This document shows, piece after piece, positions 40,338 through 55,201 of a stretch of 64,000 nucleotides of DNA. The notes under the pieces are model-generated. The model saw nothing but the letters and a program-made list of their open reading frames with translations. It was not told the DNA's origin and made no database searches. Source of the stretch: the human T2T-CHM13v2.0 reference genome, Homo sapiens; assembly GCF_009914755.1 (NCBI RefSeq), contig NC_060927.1, one strand, 5' to 3'. Both the position numbers and the translations under genes were made by a program. Within the stretch, counting starts at the first letter, position 1; each line of letters begins with the position of its first letter.

Positions 40338-41877
40338 TAGCAAGTACCCACGTGATTTGGGCACTTCATAATAGATCAGTTGATATACTTGAAAGTCTCA
40401 TACAAGTCTGGTGCCTCAAACTAGTTTTGTTCCATTTAGTTTCATGTCTTCTGTAAAGCTCCTACTCCTTTAAGGTCAGTGGCATCAAGTGCTCACATAC
40501 TGAGCAGATCACTGAGGTCCTTTAAAAAGGTGCAATTCTATTTCTGCACATGGATGTTAGTTGCATTCTTTCTATCATTTGTAGGGAAAGCCACACTCTC
40601 TTCATCCTGTTGTAGGCATTATTACCCCTCCTGCTTGGGAAAAGATCTATTAATTTCTTGAATAAATTACCTAATTTTTGCAACAGCCTTAACTGAGCCA
40701 GCCATTAGCTGCCCACATAATGCTCACCTGCTCTGTTCTAAGCAGGCAAGTGGTTAAGAGAAAGGAGATGGCTGGTTGTGTGTTCCAGACCTTTCTTTTT
40801 GGAAAGACACTTTTTCTTCTCCTCTGATAGTGGTGTTTTGGATTTCTGATACGGCAGCCAATGGAATCAATGTCACAGTCTAAAAACTAGTGGTTCCTTC
40901 AGGCTTCAGTCTCCTGAGGCACCAGACAGTTTATACTCTTAAGAATTTTCACTGCTTTTCACAGACATTAATAGTTTCCTGGCATTGCCTATCAGGAAAT
41001 GTCGTCATGGTCTGGAGGAACCAATAAAAATACAAGTAACCTGTTTTGACAGATCTCTTTTCTGCCAGAAATTTCAGAATTTGTGGTAAGAGGAGGTGGC
41101 AGAATGGAGGGCCAGTCTATTTGTGAGGGCATAAGCAGAAATATTTGCCCTACGAGAGGGAGCTGATATCTACCCTGGATATGAGAAATAGAGGACTCAC
41201 ACTATCCAGTTCATTTTGTTGGAAACTTAAAAAAAGAAAATCTGGTTTGATAGGGTAATTCAAGTCTATGGTACATTAAGATATTTTTCTCCTTTTTTTT
41301 CCTTTTATTTCAAACATAATTCTTGTTTGATCCTCAAATAAAAAACTCATGCGTTAAAAATTAACAGTATTTGATTAAGGATGTACACATGGCACTGTCA
41401 TAAGGTATGCAGAAAGAGGCCGTGGATTTGGACAGTGATACCAAACAGCTAACATGAAGTGCTCTGTGCTCATTCCTGTTACAGCCAGAGCATGATTCTG
41501 AACTCCTTTAATGTGAGAAACACTGAATATCATCCTTAGATAGTTAATTGAAGTTAGATTTTGTGGGGAGGTCAGTTGTTTCTCCCTTGCAAGTTTGTGG
41601 GGAAAATTGATCACCATAATACTTGAAAGAGTGTGATCAGAGTAAAATTAATAGACATATCTGAAATGACTGTTTGATCTCTTCTAATTAATGAAATTTT
41701 AAAGAAAATTTTATACTAGTGCCAATTTTGAGTACTCTGTTTTACTTAGGACTTGAATTTAAATAATGTTGATTTATTCTCCCCATCAGTTTAGTTTTCA
41801 ACTTAAATACATTTTAAGGTATAAAACTTACAGATAAACCTTGTGCCAATTTAAGTGGATGTATGGGGTTGTAATAA

Positions 41878-42248
<371 letters not shown>

Positions 42249-44475
42249 TGTGGTTTTCTTTGTGTATGATTTTCCTTATTAAATTCTCACTATGTAATGC
42301 CCTTTTTTTGTTTTGCTTTTAAGCTATTCAGTTATACAGAAAAAAATAAGCCAAGTTCTTTTTTTAAAAGAAAGGGGTTTGTTTGTTTTTAAGAGAAGCT
42401 ACTCTCTCTTTTTTTTTTTTTTTTTTTTTTTGGATGGATTAGCATTTCCAAACTTTCTTTTTAAGTTCTTATAATTACCCCCTATTTCAGACATATCACT
42501 GTCAATTTATGCTGGGGAAGTGGAGAAAAGAAATTAGATTTTATCCTGATTTTCTCTTACTCACTTCATCTCCTGAGAGCTGAATTTGCTACATAACTAG
42601 CTGGGTAAGATGGAGAAACTTGTACATCAAGAAGACAGTAAGGGACAGGGACTGTGACCTCCTGTTCTATGGGGAAGAACTGCCTCAGTAATGCTCAGTT
42701 CCTGCTGAGACTGCCAGCCTCCCCATCTTAACTGTAGCCTGGCCTTCACCTGAGAAAGACAGTCAAAGTAGATACTGTTTCCTCTTCCTGAGCCTGCCTG
42801 GATTTCAAAGCATTCACTAAAATTTACATGGGAGAAGGGTGGGGGGCAGAGTACAGAATAGCCCAAGGGTGTGGGTCTTCTGTCCTACTGGTTCCAGTCA
42901 GAGCCAAGCCCCATTTTTGATGTCCTCGGGCCAGTGTTGGAAGTCAACTTCTGGACACATCTTTATCCTGGACAGATCTTCCTTGGTCCATTCTTAGGTC
43001 TTTCTTTTATTCTGCTCCATAATTGCTCTTTCTTGGCCAAGACTGCTCCTCCCCAAATGATCCTTGTCTGGCTCTACCTCCTGACTTTTCACCTCTTATT
43101 GTCTTCTTCCTGCCCTGGTCCCTTTTCCTGTCAGCTCTCAAGGCTTACACTTATTGGGCACCCAACTTCATTATTTCCCAGGTGTGAACCAGTGACCCAT
43201 CAACCAGGTGTCTTCAGGGGGACTTTGCCATATCAGCTAATTACATTTTTACAATTTGGTGTCTTGATCGGCAGACTGAAACTGAAATATAGGGAACTCT
43301 CTCATCTGCAGCAGTTCAGAGGACCAGTTGTCTCCGTGGCAAAGTAATTAGCACGTTAGGATAAAACTGTCATCTTTGATGGACTTAAAACTGTCATTCT
43401 TCCAGAAGAGAAAGATGGACTCATCACCCACTTGAGCGTTACATGGACCATATTTTAAGACCAAACACTAGGCAATATGCTGTGAACTAAAGGTCTACTG
43501 ATCTTGGCCACTGCAAATCTCATGTGCCAAAGTCTTTCAGCTCTATCTCCCCAAGCCCAAACCCAAGGATTATTCAGTCAGAAATAGAATGTGTGTAAAA
43601 TTGATAGGAGATAATTTTCTCATTGGCCTCCTGCCCTAGTTCATTCTGTGCATTTCCAAATCTGGGCTCAAACTTGAACATGGCTCTGAGAGCTCTCCTT
43701 GATTCAGGCTTGGAGCTCAAGTAACAGAGTTGTCTCTGGCTGACTTCCTGGATTCCCCCCTTTCTAGATGGCCCTTAATGGTGCCTGATTTTCTCTTATG
43801 ACTGATTTCATCAACTGAGGCATTTGCAGTGGTGCAATATCTTGCATTACTTTGTAAAGTTGTGACACCTTCTCTGGCATCCAGTTCCAGCATTTTAACT
43901 GTCAACCGACCATCGCACCCCACCTCCAATCCCCAGCTGGTACAGTCTTCTTTGCAACAATTAGGAAATCTTTATTGCCTTCCAGAAATATGGGATTGCT
44001 TGAACACAGCTGAAATACAGATTATGTACTGGACAGAGGTGATGAGGACTTATCACCTGACCTCACTTGATAATGTATAGTTATTTAATTGGGACAGCTT
44101 GCTAAAGAACAGAGGTTCTCAAATTCTAGGGACTCATGAGTCACTTCAATACAAGAAATAATCCTCTCCTTCCCCCATAAACTACCTACCCACTTCCTCT
44201 AACTTGTCACTGAAAACCTCGCCAGAAGAGTGAACACTGAGGCTGCTTTTGTCACAGGGTAGGGAGAATAATGATGATAGCATATGTTTGAAGAGCACTT
44301 TTTAAAGTTTTTTTTTACATCCACTTCCTTAATATATATCTTGATTAATATCAGAGGCAAAGCATAATTAGTTTATGTGTATGTTCATAATAAAATGGAA
44401 ACCATCATGTTTCTTTCATCTGCCCACCACTTTTTAAGAATGCTGTTATATTATAGAACAGGGGAGAACTAGTAC

Positions 44476-44695
44476 CAGGAGTCACAAATTATAGCCTGTG
44501 GGCCAAATCTGGTTTGCCACCTGTTTTTATAAATAAAGTTTTATTGGAACTCCACCATACTCATTTATTTATATATTATCTGACTATTTTCATCCTACAA
44601 CAGAAAAGTTGAGTTCTTGTGATAGAGATTGCATAGCCTACAGAGGCTGAAATATTTACTATCAAGTCCTTCACAAAAAAAGTTTGCTGGCCCAG
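44476..44695. mobile_element. MER58A hAT-Charlie
   Basis: gcctgtgggccaaatctgg...cctgtttttataaataaagttttattggaac...aaatatttactatc...aaaaagtttgctggccc. Confidence 0.9.
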
Positions 44696-45939
44696 GACAG
44701 CAAAATGAAGCAAGCTGTCCTGTCATGAAAGTATACATTTAAATACAAATAGAGTAAATGTTGTCTGCAGCTTCCTCGAAAAGACTGGGGTAGAGGAGAT
44801 TGCAGGGAATTGTAGGCTTAGGTCAAGAAAACAGAAATCTTGAGGTTTTCTTGAATCCAAAAAGAAATAAGGAACTTGGGTCCAGGATGCAAGAGAGGGA
44901 ATTCTATGAGTAAATATCTTCATTTAGCACATTTTGTTAGAGCTCCTCAAAGAAGGCCAGGAAGTTTTTCATGCCAGTAATAAACCTTGAGGAAGCCTAG
45001 GAAATAACCCACTGGTCTGTCTTCTAACATGACAGCCGGTGTTCACTCTACATTCAAATGCAGAGTAGGGTGTGTGCCGGGCAAGATCTCCTGTTTGATT
45101 CCTCTGTGGGTCTTGTCTCCAGGAGGGCTTTATTAAGAATCTTTCCACTCACTCTTTTTAAGCTTATGTCCCTTTCCTTTTAAAACACCAGAATTCAACA
45201 TTCATTACCTTTCTTCCCTTTGATTGCCCACTGAAGTTTTCACAGAGGAAGTAATGGTTTTCCTGTTTCCTTTCGGTGTGGCCATTTTGCACGCCATGGT
45301 TCTCCTTCCCTTTTTTCAGTCTTGCATTCAAGTAAAAGCAAGTCGTCTTCTACTGTTAACTGCGGGAAAAGGTTTGTGGGGGCCTTTTTTTTCCCTTCCC
45401 TCCTCCACAACTGGAAAATATGAGGCAGATCTTGTTTATGTATGCTGTAACCTCAAAAAGAGCTGATACGCTGTTGTCATTAAAGAAGAATCCCAAGCTG
45501 TTTATCCTGCAGTGGAGTCCGAGAGCTCTAAATCTGACAGCCCCCCTGGGCCTCCAGGCACAGACTGTGGAGAGCTCTTCGCTGCTTTCCCAGGCCAGCT
45601 CCAAAATGCAAGGCAAAGGTTTCCGTTGCTGAATCCCTACACTCTGGGAACAGACAAGATGTCAATGTTGTGGCTTTATTAAAAATCAGAGGCTTTCTTC
45701 CCTTGTATTAACTTGTTCTTTGAAATCTGTTTTCCAGAGGCCTTTTCTACTCTAAAATGTAACTTGAATACCCATCTTTCTGCTACATTTTTCTCTGTGG
45801 ATCTCTTATCATGTTCCAGAAATCATTTTGCAAATTTATTCTATAGCCAGTATGTTTGGCAAAATTATAATAAAATAAGCTTTCTTATTTATCTAAAAAC
45901 TAGTAAAAACTATGCTTGAGAAATACATCTTTCTGTTGA

Positions 45940-46335
<396 letters not shown>

Positions 46336-47094
46336 TAATAATGATTTTTTATAAACCTTTGTTTGTATAAAGCTATTTTAATTGCTTATATTTTTTTAGG
46401 ATATATTTTATTGGTCTATGTTAGTTCCCTTTGTTTTGGTTTATCCTGGGGTCAAACCCAGATTCTCCCTACAAGGATTACATTAGATAGAGATCGTCAA
46501 AACCAGAAATGATCAACCTGAAACACTTCCTGGTCAGCTTTTGCTAAAAGAAGATATATCAATGCAATATGATTACCTTTCAAATAATGGACTTCTAATG
46601 ACACAAGAGAACAATCTAGAGCATGCTAGTTGCTGCCACAGAAATGGATACAGAGACAACCCACAGTCTGGTTCTCATCCTCGTGTCCTTTACCCTACAG
46701 GAGAGAAGGGCTTATGATAACGAGCAGAGATTCCACTTTTATTTTAGGAAGCTTAGAGGTTAGGAAGACCATAATTTGTTCTTTAAACATCTCTTGCATT
46801 TTTATAAGTTCTCTTACCTTCAAAGCTTTATTCGAAGCTTCGGGTTTTTGCTTTTTACTTCATATCCCAATCTTTGTCTTCTCTTTTCTTTTTCTTTTTT
46901 TTTTTTTAACTGTCTCCTATACCCACTGATGGCAGACTCTGTTTTCTTTTATCTTCTTTTCCTTATTACACAAGAATTAAATGAAGCAACATCTATAATA
47001 TAAATTCTCGGAAAAATTACACAACATGGTAATAACTAATTATAAAGGCAATTTATAGATTTGGGGAGAATTTCATCCCACAGTGATAGTAACA

Positions 47095-47370
47095 TCGTTG
47101 GACCTGAAACCAGGACCTATTGATGACTGACCTGGGGCAATTTATCTCTGAGCTTGACTTTTCTTATCTATAAACTTATCTTAAACTCTACAAGCTTCTT
47201 GAGCTAATCCTTCTGGGGTATTAGGATTCGATTCAGGAGAGCTGAGTTGGAGCCTAGAAATCTTCATTTCTGATAAGCTCTCCAGGCAATAGGCCCTCAG
47301 ACCTCACTTTGAAGACACAAAACTATGTAATTTCTAAGATCATTTCCTGCCTAAAATTCTGTGATTCTGA
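47095..47370 (+). mobile_element. MIR3 fragments with an inserted MER5B-like piece
   Basis: tgacctggggcaatttatctctgagc...; gattcaggagagctgagttggagcctagaaatcttcatttctgataagctctccagg; tttctaagatcatttcctgcctaaaattctgtgattct. Confidence 0.55.
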
Positions 47371-47899
47371 GTCTTCTTTCAACTACATGGCTTTGGGCAG
47401 GGCTGATGCTTCCTGGAAACTCACTGTTTCATCTGCCATATGTATAATTAAGAAATATATTTGTTAGTTATCTTGCCCGGAAAACCCTTAAAAATGTAAA
47501 CAATAATTTTGATCAGAGTTAAGTACCTCTTTTTGTCACTGCTCAGTGGAGGCTTGTCTGTTTCATTCCTTTAATCTCTCATCATATGCTTATCTCTGTA
47601 AATATATTTTTCCCTCTCTAAAGGCCTCTCAGATGCTTTTCATCTTTCTGAAAGAATGTTTAAAGCCAAAGTCCAGGTGCTTACACTTTTGGACTTAATA
47701 ACTGAGCTGTTTTTACTCACCACCCGCCCAACACCCTTCTTTTTCTTTTATCATTGTCAGCATGTGCTGAGCCCCTCTGATGGACAGCTTCACATCTACT
47801 TTATGCTTTGCTATTTCTGTTATATTGCAAAATCCTATCTAATCTGTGGGTTACAGTATCTATCTGGTTGCTTTTGACATGCTTTCGAGGTTTCATCCC

Positions 47900-48140
47900 C
47901 ACTGAATGTCAGTCTTCTGAGTTATTTTTTCCTGGATACTTGTACTTAATTGTATTTTGCCAGACTGAACTCACTGTGTACTTTACTGTTCATTTTTCTG
48001 ATCTCCAGGGATCCATGAATATTGTTTGACTTCACCTCTGTTTCTTCTACCATCTCCACCTTTAGTGCCATGTGAGGAACTTATTAATGTAACGTCTTCT
48101 CAGATTTCCAGGTCATTAATAAAGTTGTTTAATAAGATCT
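47900..48140 (-). mobile_element. CR1/L3-family reverse transcriptase fossil
   Basis: Minus-strand translation ILLNNFINDLEI*EDVTLISSSHGTK resembles CR1 RT LFNIFINDL...LxKFADDTK. Confidence 0.6.
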
Positions 48141-48969
48141 TTTGTGCAGCCTGGGAATTAGTCAGACTTACTCAGTATTTACAGCTCTGCTATCATTTCT
48201 TGCCCACTATTATGTCCTGTGTAGTTAAGGATGCAATAGAGACAAAAATTACTTTTCAAATTACAGTTCCTGCAAGAGATGTCTCTTCCCAGAAGACCCT
48301 TTACTGTTCCACATAAGAAATCAAAACTCTCATTTAATTAGAGAGGGCTTTCGGAACAAGGCTGGCCAGGGTACGCTTACATAAGCTTGTTTGCAGATTC
48401 CGGTTAGGTCTCCCAAGGTCACAGACAGCTGTGTTTTGCATTTAGCGTCCTTTGAAAGAAGAGTGGATGCTTGGATAGCTTGTACTTGACATGCAAAGAA
48501 CTTAGGAACTGCATACTTTCACATGTTGCTCGTAGGTTCCAAGCAAATGGGAACACACCATCATGCAGAAACTCTCTATCTGCCGTTATCCTGTGAGCTC
48601 CCAATCAGTGATGCATGGTGTTCTTAAGAAGTAGACTCAGGCAACAGCCAAAGTCATTTCTTTCTCTTACAATCTGAGAAGCAAGTATGTTTGTACTTCA
48701 CTGAGAGTGTTTCAGGACAGCAACCAGTTTAAAAATAAGAGTAGTTAAACAAAAAAGGTGGTTAGCTATTAAGCCATGGCTGGATTTTATAGCACAAAAA
48801 GTTAATGCAAGGCAGTGTGTATTTAAGATAAGGAGGATTTAAGGAAATGGAGAGGGGAGAAGAGTAACATTCCAGGTAGAGGAATTGCAAGATAGCCTTC
48901 ATCCCCACAAGAATTAACATAGTAAAACAGTACAGAATGAGATAAATTCAGTAAAAATAATAAGGAATT

Positions 48970-49248
48970 GGCTTTGCCCAGTGGCTCACACCTATAATCA
49001 CAGTGAGGTGGGACAATGAATTGAGCCTAGTAGTTCAAGACCAGCCTGGGCAACATGGCAAGACCCTGTCTCTACAAGAAATAAAAAAATTAGCCAAGCA
49101 TGGCTGTGCATGTCTGTGGTCCCGCTACTGGGAGGCTGAGACAGGAGGATCACTTGAGCCCAGGAGGTAGAGGCTATAGTAAGCTGTGTTCGCATCACTA
49201 CACTCCAACCTGGGTGACAGAATAAGACCCTGTCTCAAAAAAAATAAG
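48970..49248 (+). mobile_element. AluJ (Jo/Jr-like) with small left-arm deletion
   Basis: ggaggatcacttgagcccaggagg is J-type; perfect 14-bp TSD aataataaggaatt (48956-48969, 49249-49262). Confidence 0.92.
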
Positions 49249-49823
49249 AATAATAAGGAATTATTAAAATAGAAATTTAGGACACCCAGTTTCACTTACT
49301 CAGACTCTAAAATGGAATGTCAGTCGTTTAACAGCCAGCTAAAACATTATTAATTGTACTAACAATATTGAGTTATCCTATTTATAAGTTAGAATTGGGC
49401 TTGCTTTAAAAAAAAAAAAGATAATATATGCTGGTTTGATAAAAATTTCATGTCAGTATTTTAGTATACAAACATCATATTGGTGCTAATATATTTGCTC
49501 CCATTCCTCAGAACAACTAAAGAAAAGTAAATTAACTTTTCAAAGTGTTGAAGTATATAGGAGGGAAAGTAACAGTAGTTATTGAAATAAAACACCCTCT
49601 AGAAATGCACCCTTGCATTTTAGCCAATAATTGATAAATCCAGAGAAAACGTAGAACTTTGCCTAATTTTTTTTTCTGTTACAGTTCTTACATGTAGAAC
49701 GATGACATAACACATATGTAATATAAAACATAATGGTTGTCTTAATTCTCTATTGCTACATAGCAAACCACTCCAAAATGTAGTCGTTTAAAACAGCAAT
49801 AATTTATTTTTTATTGACTAGGT

Positions 49824-50340
<517 letters not shown>

Positions 50341-51484
50341 GACTAGGTTCAACTAGATGGCTCTCTTTTCCAAATGAGGTGGGCAAGACCTCTGCAATAG
50401 CATTCAGCTGAGGCTGAAATGTACAAAATGACCCCTCATAATCCAGGCCTCTCTCCCCAGTCCTCTCAGCGTTAGCAGTCTTTTACAGTCTTTACAGCAT
50501 GGTGACTGGCTTACGAGAATGCAAAGGTGAGAGTCGCCAGGCCATTTTGAGGCTTGTTTACACCCCAAAGTGGTAAAGAGTTACTATCGATGCTTTCTGT
50601 TGGTCGAAGTATTCAAAAAGCCAGCCTAGATTCAAGGTAGAGGAAATAGCCTTCACTTCTTGACAGGATGGATGGCAAAGAATTTGTAACCATCTTTAAT
50701 TTCCATATAGTTGCTTAGTAAATATTTGTTGACTGATAGTACGAATATTGCATTTGAACTTCTTTATGTCCTTGGTTGCACTGAAGTGATGTTTATGTTA
50801 TTATTTTGTGGTAGAGTTTACTTCATAGTTCATGAAAAATCAAAAGAGTTATTTTATCATGTCAGCAAAAAAGTAGATTTTTTATTTTTGAATAGATACA
50901 GTCAGTGTCACTTTTGATTATTAAAAATCTTTGTAAGGGTGTGGAATCAGAATCCTCTTTCAAATCCTTCTGATTTTCAATTCATTGTGAGGTTCCATTA
51001 TTTTATGTGAGATTATATGAATGCCCCAAACATTAGGTACCTGTATTCACACTTTAGAACAAAAATTAATCCCACAGCAAATCCCAGATTTGAGGAGTTA
51101 CTACCGTTTTACAATTTCTATGCCTCATTACTCTCATGATAACCTAAAAAAAAAAATCAAGATTTGATATCTCTATTATTTAAAAAATAACTAACATAAA
51201 ATAAACATAGATGTTGGGATTTTTTCTTTTTATTAAAGTTTAAATAATGCATATATGGGTAATGTCATCTCTAACAAAGGTTTTCATGGCATATTGAGAA
51301 ACAGAGTGGCTTGGAGTGGCTAGATCAAGCAACTCAGAATTCACCATATGAGAAATTAAATGCTTCACAAAATTAACGGTGTCAACACTGGGTCTTCTGC
51401 ACCCTCTTTTAACTTTTACTCCATCCCTCTGCTGAAATAAGCTATTTTTCTTTTCTTTAATTAATAAAAAATTAAAAATTTCTA

Positions 51485-51611
51485 TTTTTTTAATAGAGAC
51501 GGGGATCTCGCCATATTGCCCAGGCTGGTCTCAAACTCCTGAGCTCAACCATCCACCTGCCTTGGCCTCCCAAAGTATTGGGATTACAAGCATGAACCAC
51601 TGCACCCGGCC
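51485..51611 (-). mobile_element. FLAM_C Alu monomer
   Basis: ttgcccaggctggtctcaaactcctgagctcaaccatccacctgccttggcctcccaaag. Confidence 0.88.
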
Positions 51612-51709
51612 ATCATTTTTCTTAAAGCTCTCATAACCTAGCTAAGAGGGGGAAAAAAAAATTTAATAACTCTAGGGTTCTGACTCTCCCTGAACAAACT
51701 ATCCCTTTA

Positions 51710-51892
51710 CAGAGGGTTTCTCAGACTTTAGTGAGCATAACAATCACCCAGGGAACATGTTAAAATGTAGATTTTGGGGAGTACCCTAGACAATTTCAAT
51801 TTTATAGTAAGAGATGGGGCCCAGGATCTGAATTTAGTACCTGGGGCAATGCAGATATAGGTGATCTGTGGACCACATTTTGAGAAATCCAG
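51710..51892. mobile_element. MER5B-like
   Basis: cagagggtttctcagacttt...aatcacccagggaacatgttaaaatgtagatt...ggaccacattttgagaaa. Confidence 0.75.
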
Positions 51893-53112
51893 CTTAGATT
51901 TTCTCCTGCCAGTCTCAGAAAGGCTGAAACTGGTTAGGTATGAAGGAGTGATGCCTTGTTCTGTTCTCCCGATAGCAAGAGGCAGTGGGGATGGCAGAAA
52001 GACTTAATGTGGGTTTGTCACATGATTAGAATCGATGCCATTTCTTGGTCATATCAGCTAATTCTTTATTTGCATTGGAACTGGAAGGCTTGTGAGAATA
52101 GATATGGAATGTTTCACCAGTCAGTTATTAACCAAATAAGGCAAGGACTGCCTTTTCTTGCATAGTCCTATTTTAGGATGGATGTGTACACTTTTCCTGC
52201 CATGGTTACCAAAGCAATCCCTTTGAAACCAGCCCATGGTTCTGTCCTAAAGGATGAGTTGAGAGTATTAATTGGTTTTAGGTCTGTGTTTGCAGAAGAT
52301 AAAAAGGAGTCATGTATTTATGTCATTATTTATTCAAGAACTATCTGTTGAGCATCTTGTGTAATGAAGGTGTTATTTTAGACACTCTCAACAGCCAATG
52401 TTATATCCATTAGTCTTGCTGATATTTCTAGCCCCCTTATTTGATGAGCCTTAATTTTTGAAAAGAATTGCAGAACTTCAGACCACCTCCATGGTTCATA
52501 ATCCTCTCTCAAGATGGAACTTCACCGAAGCCACCCAAGAGTCCTTCTAATCTTCACATGTTCAAGAGATAAATCATCTTTTATCTCTTTTTTTGTCAGC
52601 AATAAAAATGGAGAACAAATCACCTTTCATGTAAAACAAATTATATACCATGGTTTATTATTATCCAGCAGATACACTGATGGTCAGTTTATGCTTTTGG
52701 AAACCCAGCAGGATTCTTTGAAAGCCCACTGTCATACTCTTAAGCAAATTTTAATCTTGTCTGTCAATGCTAGTCTCTTAGAGGAATCTGATTATACTTG
52801 ACAACCCTTATCTTCCATGTATACTTATGTAGAAAGATATCTCTGTGGATAGCTCAGGGATTAACGACTCATGAAGATTCTTTGGTTGGGAATAACATTG
52901 TGTAGTTTGGCCTCTGCACCCTAATTGTTGCCTCCTTGAAGTCTGCATGCCAGTATAGTGTGATTTTATGAGAGTAACAGTCATGAAAAGTTCTCTAAGA
53001 AGGGATTTTTTAAAATATATCCATCAATACAGGTAAATAGTAAATGTTACAATGATACATCACATCTTTTTATTATTTTTATTATCAATGTCTTTTCTTA
53101 GTTGTTTTAGAG

Positions 53113-53290
53113 CCAGGTTTCTCCTTCTGTTCTGGGTCTTAGTTGCAGAGGGCTGTCCTGTGCATTGTAGGATGTTTAGCAGCATCCTTGGCCTCTACCA
53201 TGCCAGTAGCACCCTCCGAGTTGTGACAATTAAAAATGTCTCCAGACACTGTCAGATGTCTTCCCAAGATAACATTGCCTTCAATTGCTG
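53113..53290. mobile_element. MER20 hAT-Charlie
   Basis: gggctgtcctgtgcattgtaggatgtttagcagcatccttggcctctac...aaaaatgtctccagacactgtcagatgtc; 8-bp TSD ttttagag on both sides. Confidence 0.92.
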
Positions 53291-54650
53291 TTTTAGAGTA
53301 GGAGGTATGGCATATTTAGACTTTAGGCTATCTGAGGAAAAACTGTTCCAGTATCTTATGATATTCTCTCCCCATCTTCCAAAAAGTGCTACATGAGCCT
53401 CTGAAAATACTGGCATGTTCCTAGACATTTTTAGTTCAGTTCAGTCTTTAAAATGAAATTGCAAAATACAAACAACTCTTTATTTTCCCATTATGTTGTT
53501 TATAACAAACCAAGAACATTATTGCTAAAGAGTCATATATCATGAAGTGTGCTGCATAGAATTCATAGAATAGAATCTGTTTAACATACTGACCTAAGCT
53601 GCACATGTAAAAAGTAAATACTACTTATTACTCATATAATTCATAGGCAAGAATTTACAAATACAGTATAGCAAAAACTTAAAAGGAACTCCTCTGTACT
53701 GCTGGGGAGAGAGGTCAAAATTTTTTGTCATCACAGATAAGAAAACTCACTGTTATCATAACTTACAGCTTTAAGACTGGTAGTTAGTTAATGGTTTCTA
53801 TTTTCTTCTATCAGTGAGAAATTATTCGTTTCCAGGAATCTCTTGGAGAAGACAGCCCATAATATCTGAGTGAGGAATGAGCCAGCTTTGAAGACCCTAA
53901 ACAGCAGCATGGCATTCATATTTCTGGTCAGAAGAATGCAGCTCTGGGAAACAGGGTCCCACAGGGTAACTATTTTTTGGTTATAGTCGAGCTCCAACAA
54001 ATTTTATTTAGGAAGCCTTTATAGATGCCACACAAACACACCCATTTTTTATACCCTTACTTAAATTTATTGTTACATGTTTCTGTTTCTGTGAGGTCCA
54101 TACATGTCACAAAATCTGTTTTTCAGCATGGTAGTCATAGACTTACCTTCGTTGACTTAAGACACCACCTAGTTTGAAGAGATATAATTCACCCCTTGGG
54201 TTTATTTTGTGAGAATGGCCTATTGTACATTCCACAATCTGTAGAATTAGCTTGCCTGTGGTTTTGAAAAAAGAACAAATTGAGAACTCTTGCCCTTGTG
54301 GTTTTATTTAATGTTTAGAAAAATTCAAGTTTAGTCTAGTACTTTGGGATGTGTATATTCTACTGGCTATATTTATGAAATTACAATTATTTTCCAGCAA
54401 TTTCCAGGTCTAAATAAAATCATGTATGGATTTTATTGTTTAGGGTCAGACATATTGGCAGTCAGTACCTGACAGGGTCAAAGTGAGAGTTTTTTTACTT
54501 AATGCTTCAGGATATTCAACATAAGACTCTCCAGAATATTCAACATAAGAATTAACTAAATAGTTTTACTTTATCTTGGGCTTGCTTGCGCCTGTAATTA
54601 TTTGTTTTTATCTTGACCGACTAGTTAATTGCCAAAGGATTATTTTAGAT

Positions 54651-54839
54651 AAGTAGCCCTTAACGTATGTTGTGTGGAACAGCAGCATCAGCATTACCTG
54701 GGAACTTGCAAGACATGAAACTTCCTAGACCCAACCCCAGGCCTACTGAATCAGAAACCCTAGGGGTGGAGCCCAGTGATCTGTATTTTAGCAAGCTCTC
54801 CGTCTGATTCTAATGCACAGCGAGATTTCAGAACCATTG
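54651..54839. mobile_element. MER5A, full length
   Basis: cagcagcatcagcattacctgggaacttg...cctactgaatcagaaaccctaggggtggagcccag; TSD ttttagat/tttcagac. Confidence 0.9.
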
Positions 54840-55062
54840 TTTCAGACCATAATCATTGTGACATTTTCCCGTCTTGTCTCTGATGCCATGAAAAGCAAAT
54901 GATTTTTGCCAAGAAACAAATATTAGTTGCTTAGTGCATGCTTCTTTATCTTGTTTGAAATATGAGGCCTACATTTAGTGTCATATTTTTTAAAGTGTTA
55001 GAATAATCAGTCTTAACTAAATTGTGTTTTCAACTTCATAAAAAAAATTTTTAACATCACCA

Positions 55063-55201
55063 TTTCTTTGTTTGTTTGTTTGTTTAGAGAAGGGGGTCTC
55101 CCTATGTTGCCCAGGCTGGTTTCAAACTTCTGGGCTCAAGCAGTCCTCCCACCTTGGCCTCCCAAAGTGCTAGTATTAAGGCATGAGCCACGGTGCCTGG
55201 C
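55063..55201 (-). mobile_element. FLAM_C Alu monomer
   Basis: ctatgttgcccaggctggtttcaaacttctgggctcaagcagtcctcccaccttggcctcccaaagtgct. Confidence 0.88.

Noticed and set aside
42871-43347. 158-aa ORF
   Set aside because: GTG start, Leu/Phe/Pro-rich composition from pyrimidine-rich DNA, no recognisable domain or splice structure; region may be a decayed LTR
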